Shown here in pieces: positions 29,196 to 38,113 of a stretch of DNA of 64,000 nucleotides. The stretch is from an uncultured Clostridia bacterium. GTDB lineage: Bacteria; Bacillota; Clostridia; Christensenellales; CAG-138. The notes beneath the pieces were generated by a model, which saw only the letters and a list, made by a program, of their open reading frames with translations, was not told the origin of the DNA and did not search any database. The stretch covers positions 18,174 to 82,173 of the forward strand of contig CALGGM010000178.1 in the NCBI GenBank assembly GCA_937915925.1, written 5' to 3'. How positions within the stretch are numbered: position 1 is the stretch's first letter; each line of letters opens with the position of its first letter. Position numbers and translations under genes: made by a program.

Positions 29196-29336
29196 TTTTG
29201 TCCGATCCCCTTTCTTTGATTCATCCATATGTTAACCAAATTTGCCGGATTCGTCAATGCAGTTCACAAGATTGTTGCATTTTATGCACCGTTTCGATGA
29301 AATTTCAAGGAATTGGATTTCAGTTTTTCTTCAGAA

Positions 29337-29365
29337 TTGACATGCTGTGGTTTGCATGATAATAT
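29337..29365 (+). promoter_or_regulatory. sigma-A-type promoter of degV
   Basis: TTGACA-N17-TAATAT. The spacer contains the palindrome CATGC-N8-GCATG (29341-29358). Confidence 0.6.
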
Positions 29366-29385
29366 ATACAAAGGAGGGTAATGCT

Positions 29386-30246
29386 ATGAATCCTGTGAAA
29401 CTGATCGCGGACAGCTCCTGCGACATCGGTCCGGAGCTTGCGAAACGCTACAATGTGGATTTCGTCCACATCCATGTTCGCCTGAACGGCAACGAATACC
29501 TCGACGGCGTGAACATCACGCATACCGAGATCTACGAGAATTACGAAAAGAATCATACATTGCCCAGCACCTGCGCAATGAATATCGACGAGTACGCCAC
29601 GATCTTCAAGCCCTACATCGACAAGGGCTACGACATCGTGCATGTTTCGCTCGGCAGCGGGCTGTCCTCCACGTGCAGCAACGCGCGCCTTGCCGGCGAG
29701 ATGTTCGGACCGGACCGCGTATTCGTGATCGATTCGAAGAGCCTTTCGACCGGCAGCGGTCATATCGTTTGCGAATGCGGCGAACGCATATTAAAGGGTA
29801 TGAGCGCCGAGCAGGTTTTCGAAGAGGTCACCCCCATCACCGACCGCGTCAGCGCGTCCTTCATCCTCGACGATCTCAAGTATCTCCATGCGGGCGGCAG
29901 ATGCACGGGGCTTGCGCAGTTTGGCGCATCGCTCATGAACATCAAGCCGTGCATCATGGTGCGCAACGAGCTGTTCGGCTCCATGACCGTCGGCAAAAAA
30001 TACATGGGTTCGTACAAGCGCAGCGCTCTAAAGTATGTCGAGAACATGATCAAGGACCGCACCGACATCGAACTCGACCGCTGCTTTATCACGCATTCGG
30101 GCTCCGATCCGGAGGTCCTTGAAGCGATGCGCGATCTTGCGATGCAGCTGCAGCCGTTCCGTGAGATCTTTATCACGCAGGCAAGCGCCACGATCTGCTC
30201 CCACTGCGGTCCGAACACGACCGGCATTCTCTTTATCACAAAATGA
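29386..30246 (+). CDS. DegV family fatty-acid-binding protein
   Basis: Start moved to ATG 29386 (AAGGAGGG 7 nt upstream). Typical DegV N-terminus KLIADSSCDI and a length of about 286 aa. Confidence 0.9.
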   Translation: MNPVKLIADSSCDIGPELAKRYNVDFVHIHVRLNGNEYLDGVNITHTEIYENYEKNHTLPSTCAMNIDEYATIFKPYIDKGYDIVHVSLGSGLSSTCSNARLAGEMFGPDRVFVIDSKSLSTGSGHIVCECGERILKGMSAEQVFEEVTPITDRVSASFILDDLKYLHAGGRCTGLAQFGASLMNIKPCIMVRNELFGSMTVGKKYMGSYKRSALKYVENMIKDRTDIELDRCFITHSGSDPEVLEAMRDLAMQLQPFREIFITQASATICSHCGPNTTGILFITK

Positions 30247-32612
30247 TGACGGCAATTCTGTTTGTTCTGTTGTTTGCGATCTCGGGGATCGGCGTCTCCG
30301 AGGTCGTTTTTGCAAAGCATAAGCTTTCCGTGCGGATCTGGCTCGGGCTTGCGCTCGGGCTTTTGATGCTGACGTGGCTCCCCTCCCTGTTCGCGTTCTT
30401 CATCGGCTTTACGCTGCTTTCGCAGATCCTTTCGGCAGTCGTCGCTTTTCTGCTGCTCGCAGGGTCCGTGACCGTTCTGTTTCTGCAAAGGAAACGCGGG
30501 GTTGCGCGAAGCTATCGCATCGGACGCGATTGGACCGTTCTGCTCCTTGCCGTTCCGATCTTTGTTCTGTTCTGCTTCCTTTTGAATACGCATGTTCTGA
30601 ATCGGCACGAAGATGGCAGCCTTTGGGTCGGACAGGTCACGTACGGCGATCTTGCCATGCATCTCGGGTTCATCACGAGCATCGCGGAGCAAACGACCTT
30701 CCCGCCGCAGTACAGCATCTTCCCCGGTCACGCGCTGAACTATCCGTTCCTGTGCGAAACGTCCGGTGCGTCTTTGTATCTGCTCGGCGCGTCGGTGCGC
30801 GCGGCATACAATCTGAGTGCGGGTTATGCGTTCCTTCTGGTCGTATTCGGCGTGTATCGGTTCTTTGAGCAATGGCTGAAGCGCCGCTCCCGCGCCATGC
30901 TTGCTACGGTCCTGTTCTTCTTCGGCGGTGGGTTCGGATTCTTCTATTTCTTTGACCTCGCCAAATCGGGAGGGATCCTGACCGATCTTTTGGGCACGCG
31001 CGGACAGACCGTTTCGCAAACGCTTTTGGACGGCTTCTATCTGACGCCAACCAACATTCCCGCGCTCGGGCTTCGATGGGTGAACCCGATCGTGGACATG
31101 CTGATCCCACAGCGCGCGACGCTGTTCGGATGGGCGTTCCTGTTCCCCTGCCTGTATCTGCTGCACGGCTACGCATTTGAAGGAAAGCGGCACAACGTGA
31201 TTCCACTTGCGGTGATCGCAGGGCTTCTTCCGATGATCCATACGCATTCCTTCCTCGCGCTCGGCATCGTCAGCGCCGTGTACTGCATCACGGATCTTAT
31301 CACGGTGCGGTTTGAAAAGCGCAGGCTCATAGGGTGGCTTCTGTACGCATGCATCACCGTTGTGATCGCCGCGCCGCAGCTGTTTCTGTTCACGTTCCGG
31401 CAGGCGTCCGAATCGAGTCTCGTCCGCTTCCATCTGAACTGGGGCAACGAAACGGATTCGTACCTTTGGTTCTATATCAAAAACCTCGGGCTGATCTTTC
31501 TGCTGACGCCGTTTGCGTTCCTCGTTCTGCCGAAGCGGGACAAGAAGATCTTTGCCGCAGCGATCGCGATCTGGATCATTGCAGAGCTTGTGGAGTTTCA
31601 GCCGAACGATTACGACAACAACAAGCTGCTGTTCGTTTCGTACGTATTCTGCTGCGGGCTCGTCTCGAAATTTCTACTTGTGCTTGCAAAACGCATCCGG
31701 TTTTCGATCGCACGTAAAACAACGGCGGCGGAGCGCTGCAGAACGCATCTCGTCTGCATCGGCATTTTGCTCTGTGCGTTCACCGGATATTATTTGTTCA
31801 AGCTGCTGTTCGACTCGCAAGACGGTTTTTTGATGCGTCCCGGCACGGCGCTGACGCTCTTCTTTGGCGCAGGGCTGCTGCTTGCGCTCTGCATCGGCGC
31901 GTTCATCGAAGGACGCCGCAGTCGAACGAATGCGATGATAACCTCCCCCGCCCTTTTGACGGCGCTTTGGATGATCGGTTCGCTCCTGTTCATCTGGCTT
32001 CGGCAGTACCGCAATACCGAGTATCGCTGCGGCGGGCTGTACGTCGGGTTTACGTCGATCCTTTGTATCGGTTCGCTGTTTGCGTTTGTGCTTGTAACGG
32101 TATTGAAGCCGCAAAACGCATTCCGTATAAAGCGCTTTGCTGGCGGTTCCGCAGCGATCACGGTCGCCGCGTATCTTCTGCTGTTTACGATGACGGCGTC
32201 CTCCGCGATGACGATTGCGCGCGAATGGAAAAGCGAGTATCAGGTCTACACAAAACAGGAAGCGGAGCTGTCCGAGCAAATCAAAGCCAATACCGAGCCG
32301 GACGCCGTGATCCTCGCAAACCAGTATCATTGGAACCTGGTCACGCCGCTCACCGGTCGAAGCATCGTAACCGGCACCGGAACGTTCCTCTATTATCACG
32401 GCATCGACAATTCGGAGCGCAGCGCGGATGTCGCCGAGATGTTTGAGGATCCGAAACATTCCGACGCGCTGTTCCGAAAATACGGCGTCGAATACGTGCT
32501 GATCAGCAACGCGGAACGCGGCAATTACGAGATCGACTACGGCTATTTCGAGCAGAACGGAACCGTCGTCGCACAAAACGATTCCGGGATCCTGTATCGA
32601 CTCAATTACTAA
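30243..32612 (+). CDS. 789-aa polytopic membrane protein, possible GT-C-fold glycosyltransferase (function uncertain)
   Basis: ATGA overlap with the degV stop. More than 12 predicted TM helices, an early loop NRHEDGSLWVGQVTYGDLAMH, and a soluble C-terminal domain of about 150 aa. Family assignment by eye only. Confidence 0.6.
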   Translation: MMTAILFVLLFAISGIGVSEVVFAKHKLSVRIWLGLALGLLMLTWLPSLFAFFIGFTLLSQILSAVVAFLLLAGSVTVLFLQRKRGVARSYRIGRDWTVLLLAVPIFVLFCFLLNTHVLNRHEDGSLWVGQVTYGDLAMHLGFITSIAEQTTFPPQYSIFPGHALNYPFLCETSGASLYLLGASVRAAYNLSAGYAFLLVVFGVYRFFEQWLKRRSRAMLATVLFFFGGGFGFFYFFDLAKSGGILTDLLGTRGQTVSQTLLDGFYLTPTNIPALGLRWVNPIVDMLIPQRATLFGWAFLFPCLYLLHGYAFEGKRHNVIPLAVIAGLLPMIHTHSFLALGIVSAVYCITDLITVRFEKRRLIGWLLYACITVVIAAPQLFLFTFRQASESSLVRFHLNWGNETDSYLWFYIKNLGLIFLLTPFAFLVLPKRDKKIFAAAIAIWIIAELVEFQPNDYDNNKLLFVSYVFCCGLVSKFLLVLAKRIRFSIARKTTAAERCRTHLVCIGILLCAFTGYYLFKLLFDSQDGFLMRPGTALTLFFGAGLLLALCIGAFIEGRRSRTNAMITSPALLTALWMIGSLLFIWLRQYRNTEYRCGGLYVGFTSILCIGSLFAFVLVTVLKPQNAFRIKRFAGGSAAITVAAYLLLFTMTASSAMTIAREWKSEYQVYTKQEAELSEQIKANTEPDAVILANQYHWNLVTPLTGRSIVTGTGTFLYYHGIDNSERSADVAEMFEDPKHSDALFRKYGVEYVLISNAERGNYEIDYGYFEQNGTVVAQNDSGILYRLNY

Positions 32613-32615
32613 TAC

Positions 32616-32654
32616 AAAAACGGTCGGAAATGCTCCGACCGTTCTTCTGTTCTT
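32616..32654. terminator. Bidirectional terminator between convergent genes
   Basis: AACGGTCGGA-aatgc-TCCGACCGTT. The clean U-tract is on the minus strand (TTTTTGTATT); on plus it is interrupted (CTTCTGTTCTT). Confidence 0.6.
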
Positions 32655-32657
32655 GGA

Positions 32658-33938
32658 TTATTTGCAGTCCTGCTGCATGATGCTGATGATGGTCTGATCC
32701 GTTTCGACCATGCCTTCGGATGCGATCCGTCCGATGTTGCGCACCGTTTCATCGGCGTTCGGCGCAACGATGCCGTCGCCGCGGTAAAACTGCTGCTGAT
32801 GCAGGTACATCTGGTAACCGAGTATGCCGGTGTCGATCGCCGCCGCGATCTTTGCGGCACAGGACGGCTTCGCTCCGTCGCAGATCGTGCCGGAGATCAT
32901 GGCGATCGCGTTGACCAGCGTGTGCGCAACGACGGTTTCGTCCCCGCCCAACAGATACGCGATCGCGGCGCCTGCCGCACAGCCTGCGCTGATCGCGCCG
33001 CAGAATGCGGAAAGCCGACCGATGCCTGCCTTCTGATAGACCGTCAGAAGATCCGAAAGGATCATGGCGCGGTACATGCGCTCCGTTCCGATCGCGTAAT
33101 GCTTTGCGTAGCAGATGATCGGAACCGATGCGGTGATTCCCTGATTGCCCGATCCGCAAAGGATCGCGACCGGCATTTCACAGCCGCTCATTCTCGCGTC
33201 GCTCCCCGCCGCCGCATAGGCTCTTGCGACCGTCTTCGCGTCGTTTACGTTTTCGGTCAACAGGACCTTGCCGATGTTCGCGCCGTAATCGTTCGCAAGC
33301 CCTTCCTCGCAAATCGCCATGTTATACTCGATCTGCATGTCCAAAAGATCCTTTACCTCGTCGAGATCGACGTTGTTCGCGTACTCCACGATATCGTGCA
33401 GGTTCATGCAGGACTTGTCGGTGAGGTTGTCTTCGCTCTGCGCAACGATCGGACGCTTTACGATCGCTTCGCCGTTCTTCATGATCTCGACGATGTTGGA
33501 ATGATTGTTGGCGATCACGACGCGCGAGTAGGATGTGCGCGCGTACAGCGTGATGCTGATATACAGCGGGCAGCTCGTTTCCGCACAGGAGACGTCGATG
33601 TGGACCGTGTCGAGAAAATTGGCGACGGAAGCGCGCTGTTCATCCGTGACATGCCCGATGACCTGCATGCCCTTGTCCGCATCGCCGCAGATGATACCGG
33701 CGGCGACGGCGGCGCGGATGCCCTTTAATCCGTTGGTGTTGGGAACGACGACGCTCTTGACGTTTTTCAGAATGTTTCCGCTGACGGAAACGGTCACGGC
33801 GGTCGGCTGCATGCCTAAAACCTGATGCGCTTTTGCGGCGCAGTAAGCGATGGAAATCGGTTCCGTACAGCCGGTTGCCGGCATGATCTCCTCGCGCAGG
33901 ATGCGCGAATATGCCTCCTGATTCCGAATACGCTCCAT
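32658..33938 (-). CDS. L-cysteine desulfidase-like protein (UPF0597 / serine dehydratase alpha-like, YhaM/CdsB family)
   Basis: Start moved from 33983 to ATG 33938 (GAGGGGGA RBS); the longer ORF would run into rnpB. N-terminal EEIMPATGCTEPISIAYCAAKA is the family hallmark. Confidence 0.8.
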   Translation of the reverse strand: MERIRNQEAYSRILREEIMPATGCTEPISIAYCAAKAHQVLGMQPTAVTVSVSGNILKNVKSVVVPNTNGLKGIRAAVAAGIICGDADKGMQVIGHVTDEQRASVANFLDTVHIDVSCAETSCPLYISITLYARTSYSRVVIANNHSNIVEIMKNGEAIVKRPIVAQSEDNLTDKSCMNLHDIVEYANNVDLDEVKDLLDMQIEYNMAICEEGLANDYGANIGKVLLTENVNDAKTVARAYAAAGSDARMSGCEMPVAILCGSGNQGITASVPIICYAKHYAIGTERMYRAMILSDLLTVYQKAGIGRLSAFCGAISAGCAAGAAIAYLLGGDETVVAHTLVNAIAMISGTICDGAKPSCAAKIAAAIDTGILGYQMYLHQQQFYRGDGIVAPNADETVRNIGRIASEGMVETDQTIISIMQQDCK

Positions 33939-33973
33939 GAAATCCCCCTCGTATTGATCCAAAAGAAAAATGA

Positions 33974-34312
33974 CGGTGAGCAAGCCGTAAGCCGAGTTCT
34001 GTCAAAGGACGATCATCTATCTAGACGGTTCGTTGCCGAACCGTTCAAGCGATTATAAAGAGCGTAGCGGGCAGCTATTGAATGCTCTCATTCCAATCTT
34101 GCACCGGGTGGGGTTTACAGAACGGACAAGTCGCCATGCCGTTGGTGAGCTCTTACCTCGCCTTTCCATCCTTACCCAAAAAATCGGGCGGTATCTTTCT
34201 GTTGCACTATCCTTGAAGTCGCCTTCACCGGGTGTTACCCGGCACCCTGCCCTGCGGTGCTCGGACTTTCCTCACCTCTAAAAAGAGCCGCGATCGTCTG
34301 TCTTACTCACCG
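33974..34312 (-). ncRNA. rnpB: RNase P RNA, bacterial class A
   Basis: Minus strand contains GAGGAAAGTCCGAGC, AGGGCAGGGTGCCGGGTAACACCCGG, AGTGCAACAGAAAGATACCGCC, GGTAAGAGCTCACC, GTAAACCCCACCCGGTGCAAG and GACAGAACTCGGCTTACGG. These are colinear with E. coli M1 RNA. P1 pairs CGGTGAG (5') with CTCACCG (3'). Ends are good to about 5 nt. Confidence 0.93.
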
Positions 34313-34319
34313 TCAAACC

Positions 34320-35042
34320 TTATTCGTTATCTGCGTATAAAAGCCTGCCGCAATTCTCGCATTCGAGAATCATATCCTCGCCGACCAGCCGTCGGATCGC
34401 AAGGCTCGGCAGCGACATATTGCATCCGCTGCACTTGCCGTCGCGCACCTCCACGACCGGCATGTTATGATGCTGACGCACGCGTTTGTACCGCGTCATC
34501 AGGGAAGGGCTGACCTTCTTTTCAAGCTCCTCCATCTTGCGGTCTGCCGCAAGCATATCGATGGACGCGTCGTCCCGTTCCTTCTGGCAGACGATCTTCA
34601 GCTGATCGTATTCCTTTTTCGCCTTGACGCCCTGCTGACGGGTCTTCTGGAACTCGGCGATCGCTTCGTCGAGCGAACGGAACAGCTGCTTGATCTCCTT
34701 TTCGAGATTGCCCGCCTCGCGCTGGAGCTTTTCGATATCGTGACGGAACTCCGTCATCTCCTCGGATGTGCATTCCTCGTCGCCCTTCAGGGTCTCGAAT
34801 TCGGAAGATTCAAGATCAAGACGGTCCAAAACAGCGGTGTGCTGCGCGTTCAGACGGGACATGGACGCGGAGAACGCCTCCATATCGTCGTTGAGCTTTG
34901 CAAGCGTCGCCTGCTGCTGTTTGATGAATTTCGCAAGCTTGTTCAGCTTGACGCGGTTTGCCGTCGTGCGAATCTCGTTTTCGATCTGCTGTTTTTCCAG
35001 ATCTGCTTCCTGATACGCAAGCAATGCGGTCGGTCTGCTCAT
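34320..35042 (-). CDS. coiled-coil protein with C4 zinc ribbon (COG1579 / DUF164 family)
   Basis: Long heptad-rich sequence ending in CSGC...N19...CENC. Conserved position downstream of nif3. Confidence 0.8.
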   Translation of the reverse strand: MSRPTALLAYQEADLEKQQIENEIRTTANRVKLNKLAKFIKQQQATLAKLNDDMEAFSASMSRLNAQHTAVLDRLDLESSEFETLKGDEECTSEEMTEFRHDIEKLQREAGNLEKEIKQLFRSLDEAIAEFQKTRQQGVKAKKEYDQLKIVCQKERDDASIDMLAADRKMEELEKKVSPSLMTRYKRVRQHHNMPVVEVRDGKCSGCNMSLPSLAIRRLVGEDMILECENCGRLLYADNE

Positions 35043-35054
35043 TGGGGTACCTCC

Positions 35055-35819
35055 TTATAGGCTGTACAGAGGCGCACAGCCCGTATGTGTTAAATCATAT
35101 TGTACATCATTTTTTGCATTCTGTAAACGGGAAATTAACGGTTTCAGCACCGGATATTCCGTTTCATAATGCCCCATCACACAGCAGGCGACCCCGAGAT
35201 GTTCGGCAAGCAGCGCCTGACTGTGTTTCATTTCGCCGGTCACGAACGCGTCACAGCCTGCTTCGGCAACCGCTTCGATATCTCCGCCGCCCGCGCCGCC
35301 GATCACGGCGACGGTCCCAACCGTTCGGGAAGGATCGCCGACGAATCTGCCCTTGGTATGCAGTACGGTTTCACAGAGACGGCAGAGCTCCGAAAACGGG
35401 ATCGGCGCTTTCAGCGTTCCGATCCTACCGAGATTTTCGGGCGGGAGAGGTCTGACGTCTTCCAACGAGAGCAGATCGGCAAGGACGTCGTTGACGCCGC
35501 CGCTGCACGCGTCAAGGTTGGTATGCGCCGCAAAATGACCGACGCCGCCTTGGATCAGCTTATACGCCGCCGCGGTTTCGGGATCGTTTGGGGAGATCGA
35601 TTTGATGGGATCCCAGAAGATCGGATGATGCGTCAGAACGAGATCGTACCCGCCCGTAACGGCTTCCTCGGCAACGCGCGCGGTCAGATCGAGCGCGACC
35701 AGAACCTTTTTGATTTCATCATGATCCGGCGCGATCAGCAGCCCGACGTTGTCATACTCCATTGCGAGCGCATGCGGCGCGACGGCTTCGAGCATTGCGG
35801 TAAAATCGGAAATATGCAT
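35055..35819 (-). CDS. Nif3-like dinuclear metal centre protein (GTP cyclohydrolase 1 type 2 homologue, YqfO)
   Basis: YDNVGLL...LVLTHHP...GHYETE motifs. 254 aa. Confidence 0.9.
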   Translation of the reverse strand: MHISDFTAMLEAVAPHALAMEYDNVGLLIAPDHDEIKKVLVALDLTARVAEEAVTGGYDLVLTHHPIFWDPIKSISPNDPETAAAYKLIQGGVGHFAAHTNLDACSGGVNDVLADLLSLEDVRPLPPENLGRIGTLKAPIPFSELCRLCETVLHTKGRFVGDPSRTVGTVAVIGGAGGGDIEAVAEAGCDAFVTGEMKHSQALLAEHLGVACCVMGHYETEYPVLKPLISRLQNAKNDVQYDLTHTGCAPLYSL

Positions 35820-35827
35820 GGTTCCTC

Positions 35828-36532
35828 CTATCTGATCGCCGACATGATCTGATGCAGCGCATCAACTTTTTTCTTCAGACGCTCTTCCCCTTCCGTTCCG
35901 AAGGCGGACTGAAGCATCGTTTCATGACTGCTCAGCTGCAGTTCGCAAAGCGGCAACAGAAGCGGATCGCGAACCGAAAACGCTTTGTACCCGACGTCGA
36001 AAAAGTCTTTCGGAAAGCCGTCCGGCAGCGGTTCCCTGCCGGTTCCGGGTTCTGCCTTGAACACCTGATAGAGCCGCCCGTGATCCGAAACGACGCAATC
36101 CTCAATGATCCGATATTCGTTTTCATAGAGGTATCTGCGAATATCGTCCTGCGCGCGCATCGGCTGCAGCACGATCGCCTTTGCGCCCATGAGCTTTAAA
36201 CGGCAGGCGTCGAGAATACGACACATCAGCGTACCGCCCATTCCGAGGATCGCGATCGCGTCGCATTCGTTCGGGGCTAAGACCTGCAGTCCGTCGCCTG
36301 CGCGAAACGAAACGCGATCGGATAGCCCGACCCGCCCGATCAGCCATTTCGCCTTTTCGAGCGAGGGCTCGCTGATATCGCTTGCGATCACACGCCGACA
36401 GCAGCCGCTTTGCAGCAGCGCGGCGGTCAGCCTTCCGTGATCACAGCCGACGTCCGCAACGGTTTCGTAACCGTTCAGCATGGACAGCGCCGCAGAAAGA
36501 CGCGGCGTGATGTGTACAAACCGTTCCTTCAT
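35828..36532 (-). CDS. trmK: tRNA (adenine(22)-N(1))-methyltransferase TrmK
   Basis: Start moved to ATG 36532 (ATGA overlap with the mnmA stop). SAM motif [11 protein letters not shown]. trmK-nif3 synteny. Confidence 0.85.
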   Translation of the reverse strand: MKERFVHITPRLSAALSMLNGYETVADVGCDHGRLTAALLQSGCCRRVIASDISEPSLEKAKWLIGRVGLSDRVSFRAGDGLQVLAPNECDAIAILGMGGTLMCRILDACRLKLMGAKAIVLQPMRAQDDIRRYLYENEYRIIEDCVVSDHGRLYQVFKAEPGTGREPLPDGFPKDFFDVGYKAFSVRDPLLLPLCELQLSSHETMLQSAFGTEGEERLKKKVDALHQIMSAIR

Positions 36533-37614
36533 ATGCGGATCGGCTTGAGCGGCGCGACGGTATCGATCGGACCGCCGCCGAGGCACAGATCGCCCTGATA
36601 GAACACGACCCACTGCCCCGGCGTGACCGCGCGCTGCGGTCGGTCGAAGCGTACGTGAACGCCGCTTCCGTCGGTTTCGACCGTCACGCCCTGATCCGGC
36701 TGACGGTAGCGGAACTTTGCGGTACAGGCAAACGACGCCGACGGCGCGGCGCCCGCGATCCAGTTGACGGTATTGCTGTCGAGCGCGGTGGAATACAGTT
36801 CCTCGTGCTCGCCCTGCTGTACGATCAGAAGGTTCCGTTTAAGGTCCTTTCCGATGACAAACCAGCTTTCGCCGGTGCCGTCGTTTCGCCCGCCGATGCC
36901 GAGCCCTCTGCGCTGACCGAGCGTATAGTACATCAGACCGTCGTGCGTGCCGACCTTTACTCCGTGTTCATCCACTATATCGCCGCGCTGCGCAGGCAGA
37001 TACTGCATCAGAAACTTTTTGAAATTGCGCTCGCCGATGAAGCAGACGCCGGTGCTGTCCTTCTTTAACGCATTGGAAAAATTCTGCTCCTTTGCGATCG
37101 CGCGGACCTCGCTTTTCAGCATGTCGCCGATCGGGAACACGACGCGTTCCAGCTGCTTACGCGTAAGCCCCGCAAGAAAATAGGATTGATCCTTTCCTGA
37201 ATCCGCGCCGCGCATCAACAGCTTTTCCTCGTTCAATCGGCAGTAATGACCGGTGGCAAGCTGCCCTGCGCCGGTCGTCAGGGCGAAATCCAAAAACGCT
37301 TTGAACTTGATTTCGCAGTTGCAGAGCACGTCCGGATTCGGCGTTCTGCCCTTTTTGTATTCGTCCAAAAAGTAGGAGAACACGCGGTCGCGGTACTCCT
37401 TCGCGAAATTGACGGTATAGTAAGGAATGCCGATCGTTTCCGAGACGCTTCTCACGTCCGCGTAATCGGCAGTTGCGGTACAGACGCCGTCCTCGTCGTC
37501 CTCTTCCCAGTTTTTCATGAATATCCCGACAACGTCATGCCCCTGCTGCTTTAAGAGATAGGCGGCAACGGAGCTGTCGACGCCGCCGGACATTCCGACG
37601 ACGATATGGCTCAT
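36529..37614 (-). CDS. mnmA: tRNA 2-thiouridine(34) synthase MnmA
   Basis: PP-loop GMSGGVDSS and catalytic Cys regions ([17 protein letters not shown]). 361 aa. Confidence 0.96.
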   Translation of the reverse strand: MSHIVVGMSGGVDSSVAAYLLKQQGHDVVGIFMKNWEEDDEDGVCTATADYADVRSVSETIGIPYYTVNFAKEYRDRVFSYFLDEYKKGRTPNPDVLCNCEIKFKAFLDFALTTGAGQLATGHYCRLNEEKLLMRGADSGKDQSYFLAGLTRKQLERVVFPIGDMLKSEVRAIAKEQNFSNALKKDSTGVCFIGERNFKKFLMQYLPAQRGDIVDEHGVKVGTHDGLMYYTLGQRRGLGIGGRNDGTGESWFVIGKDLKRNLLIVQQGEHEELYSTALDSNTVNWIAGAAPSASFACTAKFRYRQPDQGVTVETDGSGVHVRFDRPQRAVTPGQWVVFYQGDLCLGGGPIDTVAPLKPIRI

Positions 37615-37802
37615 GTTTCGGCGGAGATCAGCGTAAAGCCCGCGCCGTCGATCGCGGCGCGGATCTTCTCGACGTCCTCGACGCCTTCGATCTCACAGGT
37701 CCCGATCTCACAGGACGTTACCTTTGCGCCGAGCGCTTCCATTGCCTTCGTTACCTTTGCCACACAGTGCATGCAGCCCATGCCTTCGATCTTCAATATC
37801 AT
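37611..37802 (-). CDS. heavy-metal-associated (HMA) domain protein, CopZ-like
   Basis: Start moved to ATG 37802 (AAGGAGG RBS). 63 aa with a GMGCMHC metal-binding loop. Its stop overlaps the mnmA ATG. Confidence 0.85.
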   Translation of the reverse strand: MILKIEGMGCMHCVAKVTKAMEALGAKVTSCEIGTCEIEGVEDVEKIRAAIDGAGFTLISAET

Positions 37803-37868
37803 AAAAGAATCGCCTCCTTGTGTAGTATTATACCACAAAGGAGGCGATATTGAAAGGGCTTTTTGAAA

Positions 37869-38066
37869 TTACATTGCGCTGCAGCCGCAGGAACGGTTGT
37901 TATTGCCGCAGCCGCATCCGTTTTCGCCGCCGCAGAAACGGGACAGCAGAAGCAGCCAGATCAGCGTATCGCAGGAAACGCCGCCCATTCCGTTGTCGTT
38001 GTCGCCGATGAGCAGAAGCAGCACGAGCAGCCAAGTAAGGTTCGTTCCGCCGAGATTGTTGAACAT
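37869..38066 (-). CDS. 65-aa Cys/Gly/Asn-rich hydrophobic micro-protein (YjcZ-like tiny sporulation membrane protein candidate)
   Basis: GGAGG lies 8 nt upstream of ATG 38066. Product: MFNNLGGTNLTWLLVLLLLIGDNDNGMGGVSCDTLIWLLLLSRFCGGENGCGCGNNNRSCGCSAM. In the ORF track it is hidden as the tail of a 580-aa antisense ORF. Confidence 0.6.
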   Translation of the reverse strand: MFNNLGGTNLTWLLVLLLLIGDNDNGMGGVSCDTLIWLLLLSRFCGGENGCGCGNNNRSCGCSAM

Positions 38067-38113
38067 TTGATTGTCCTCCGTTTTTGATGATTCGACGTTT
38101 ACCGTCGTTACAG

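Noticed and set aside
29760-31433. 557-aa minus-strand ORF spanning degV and the large membrane-protein gene.
   Set aside because: It crosses a gene boundary on the opposite strand. It is extremely Arg/Lys/Glu/Gln-rich with no domain signature, whereas the plus-strand products are coherent (DegV; regular TM helices).
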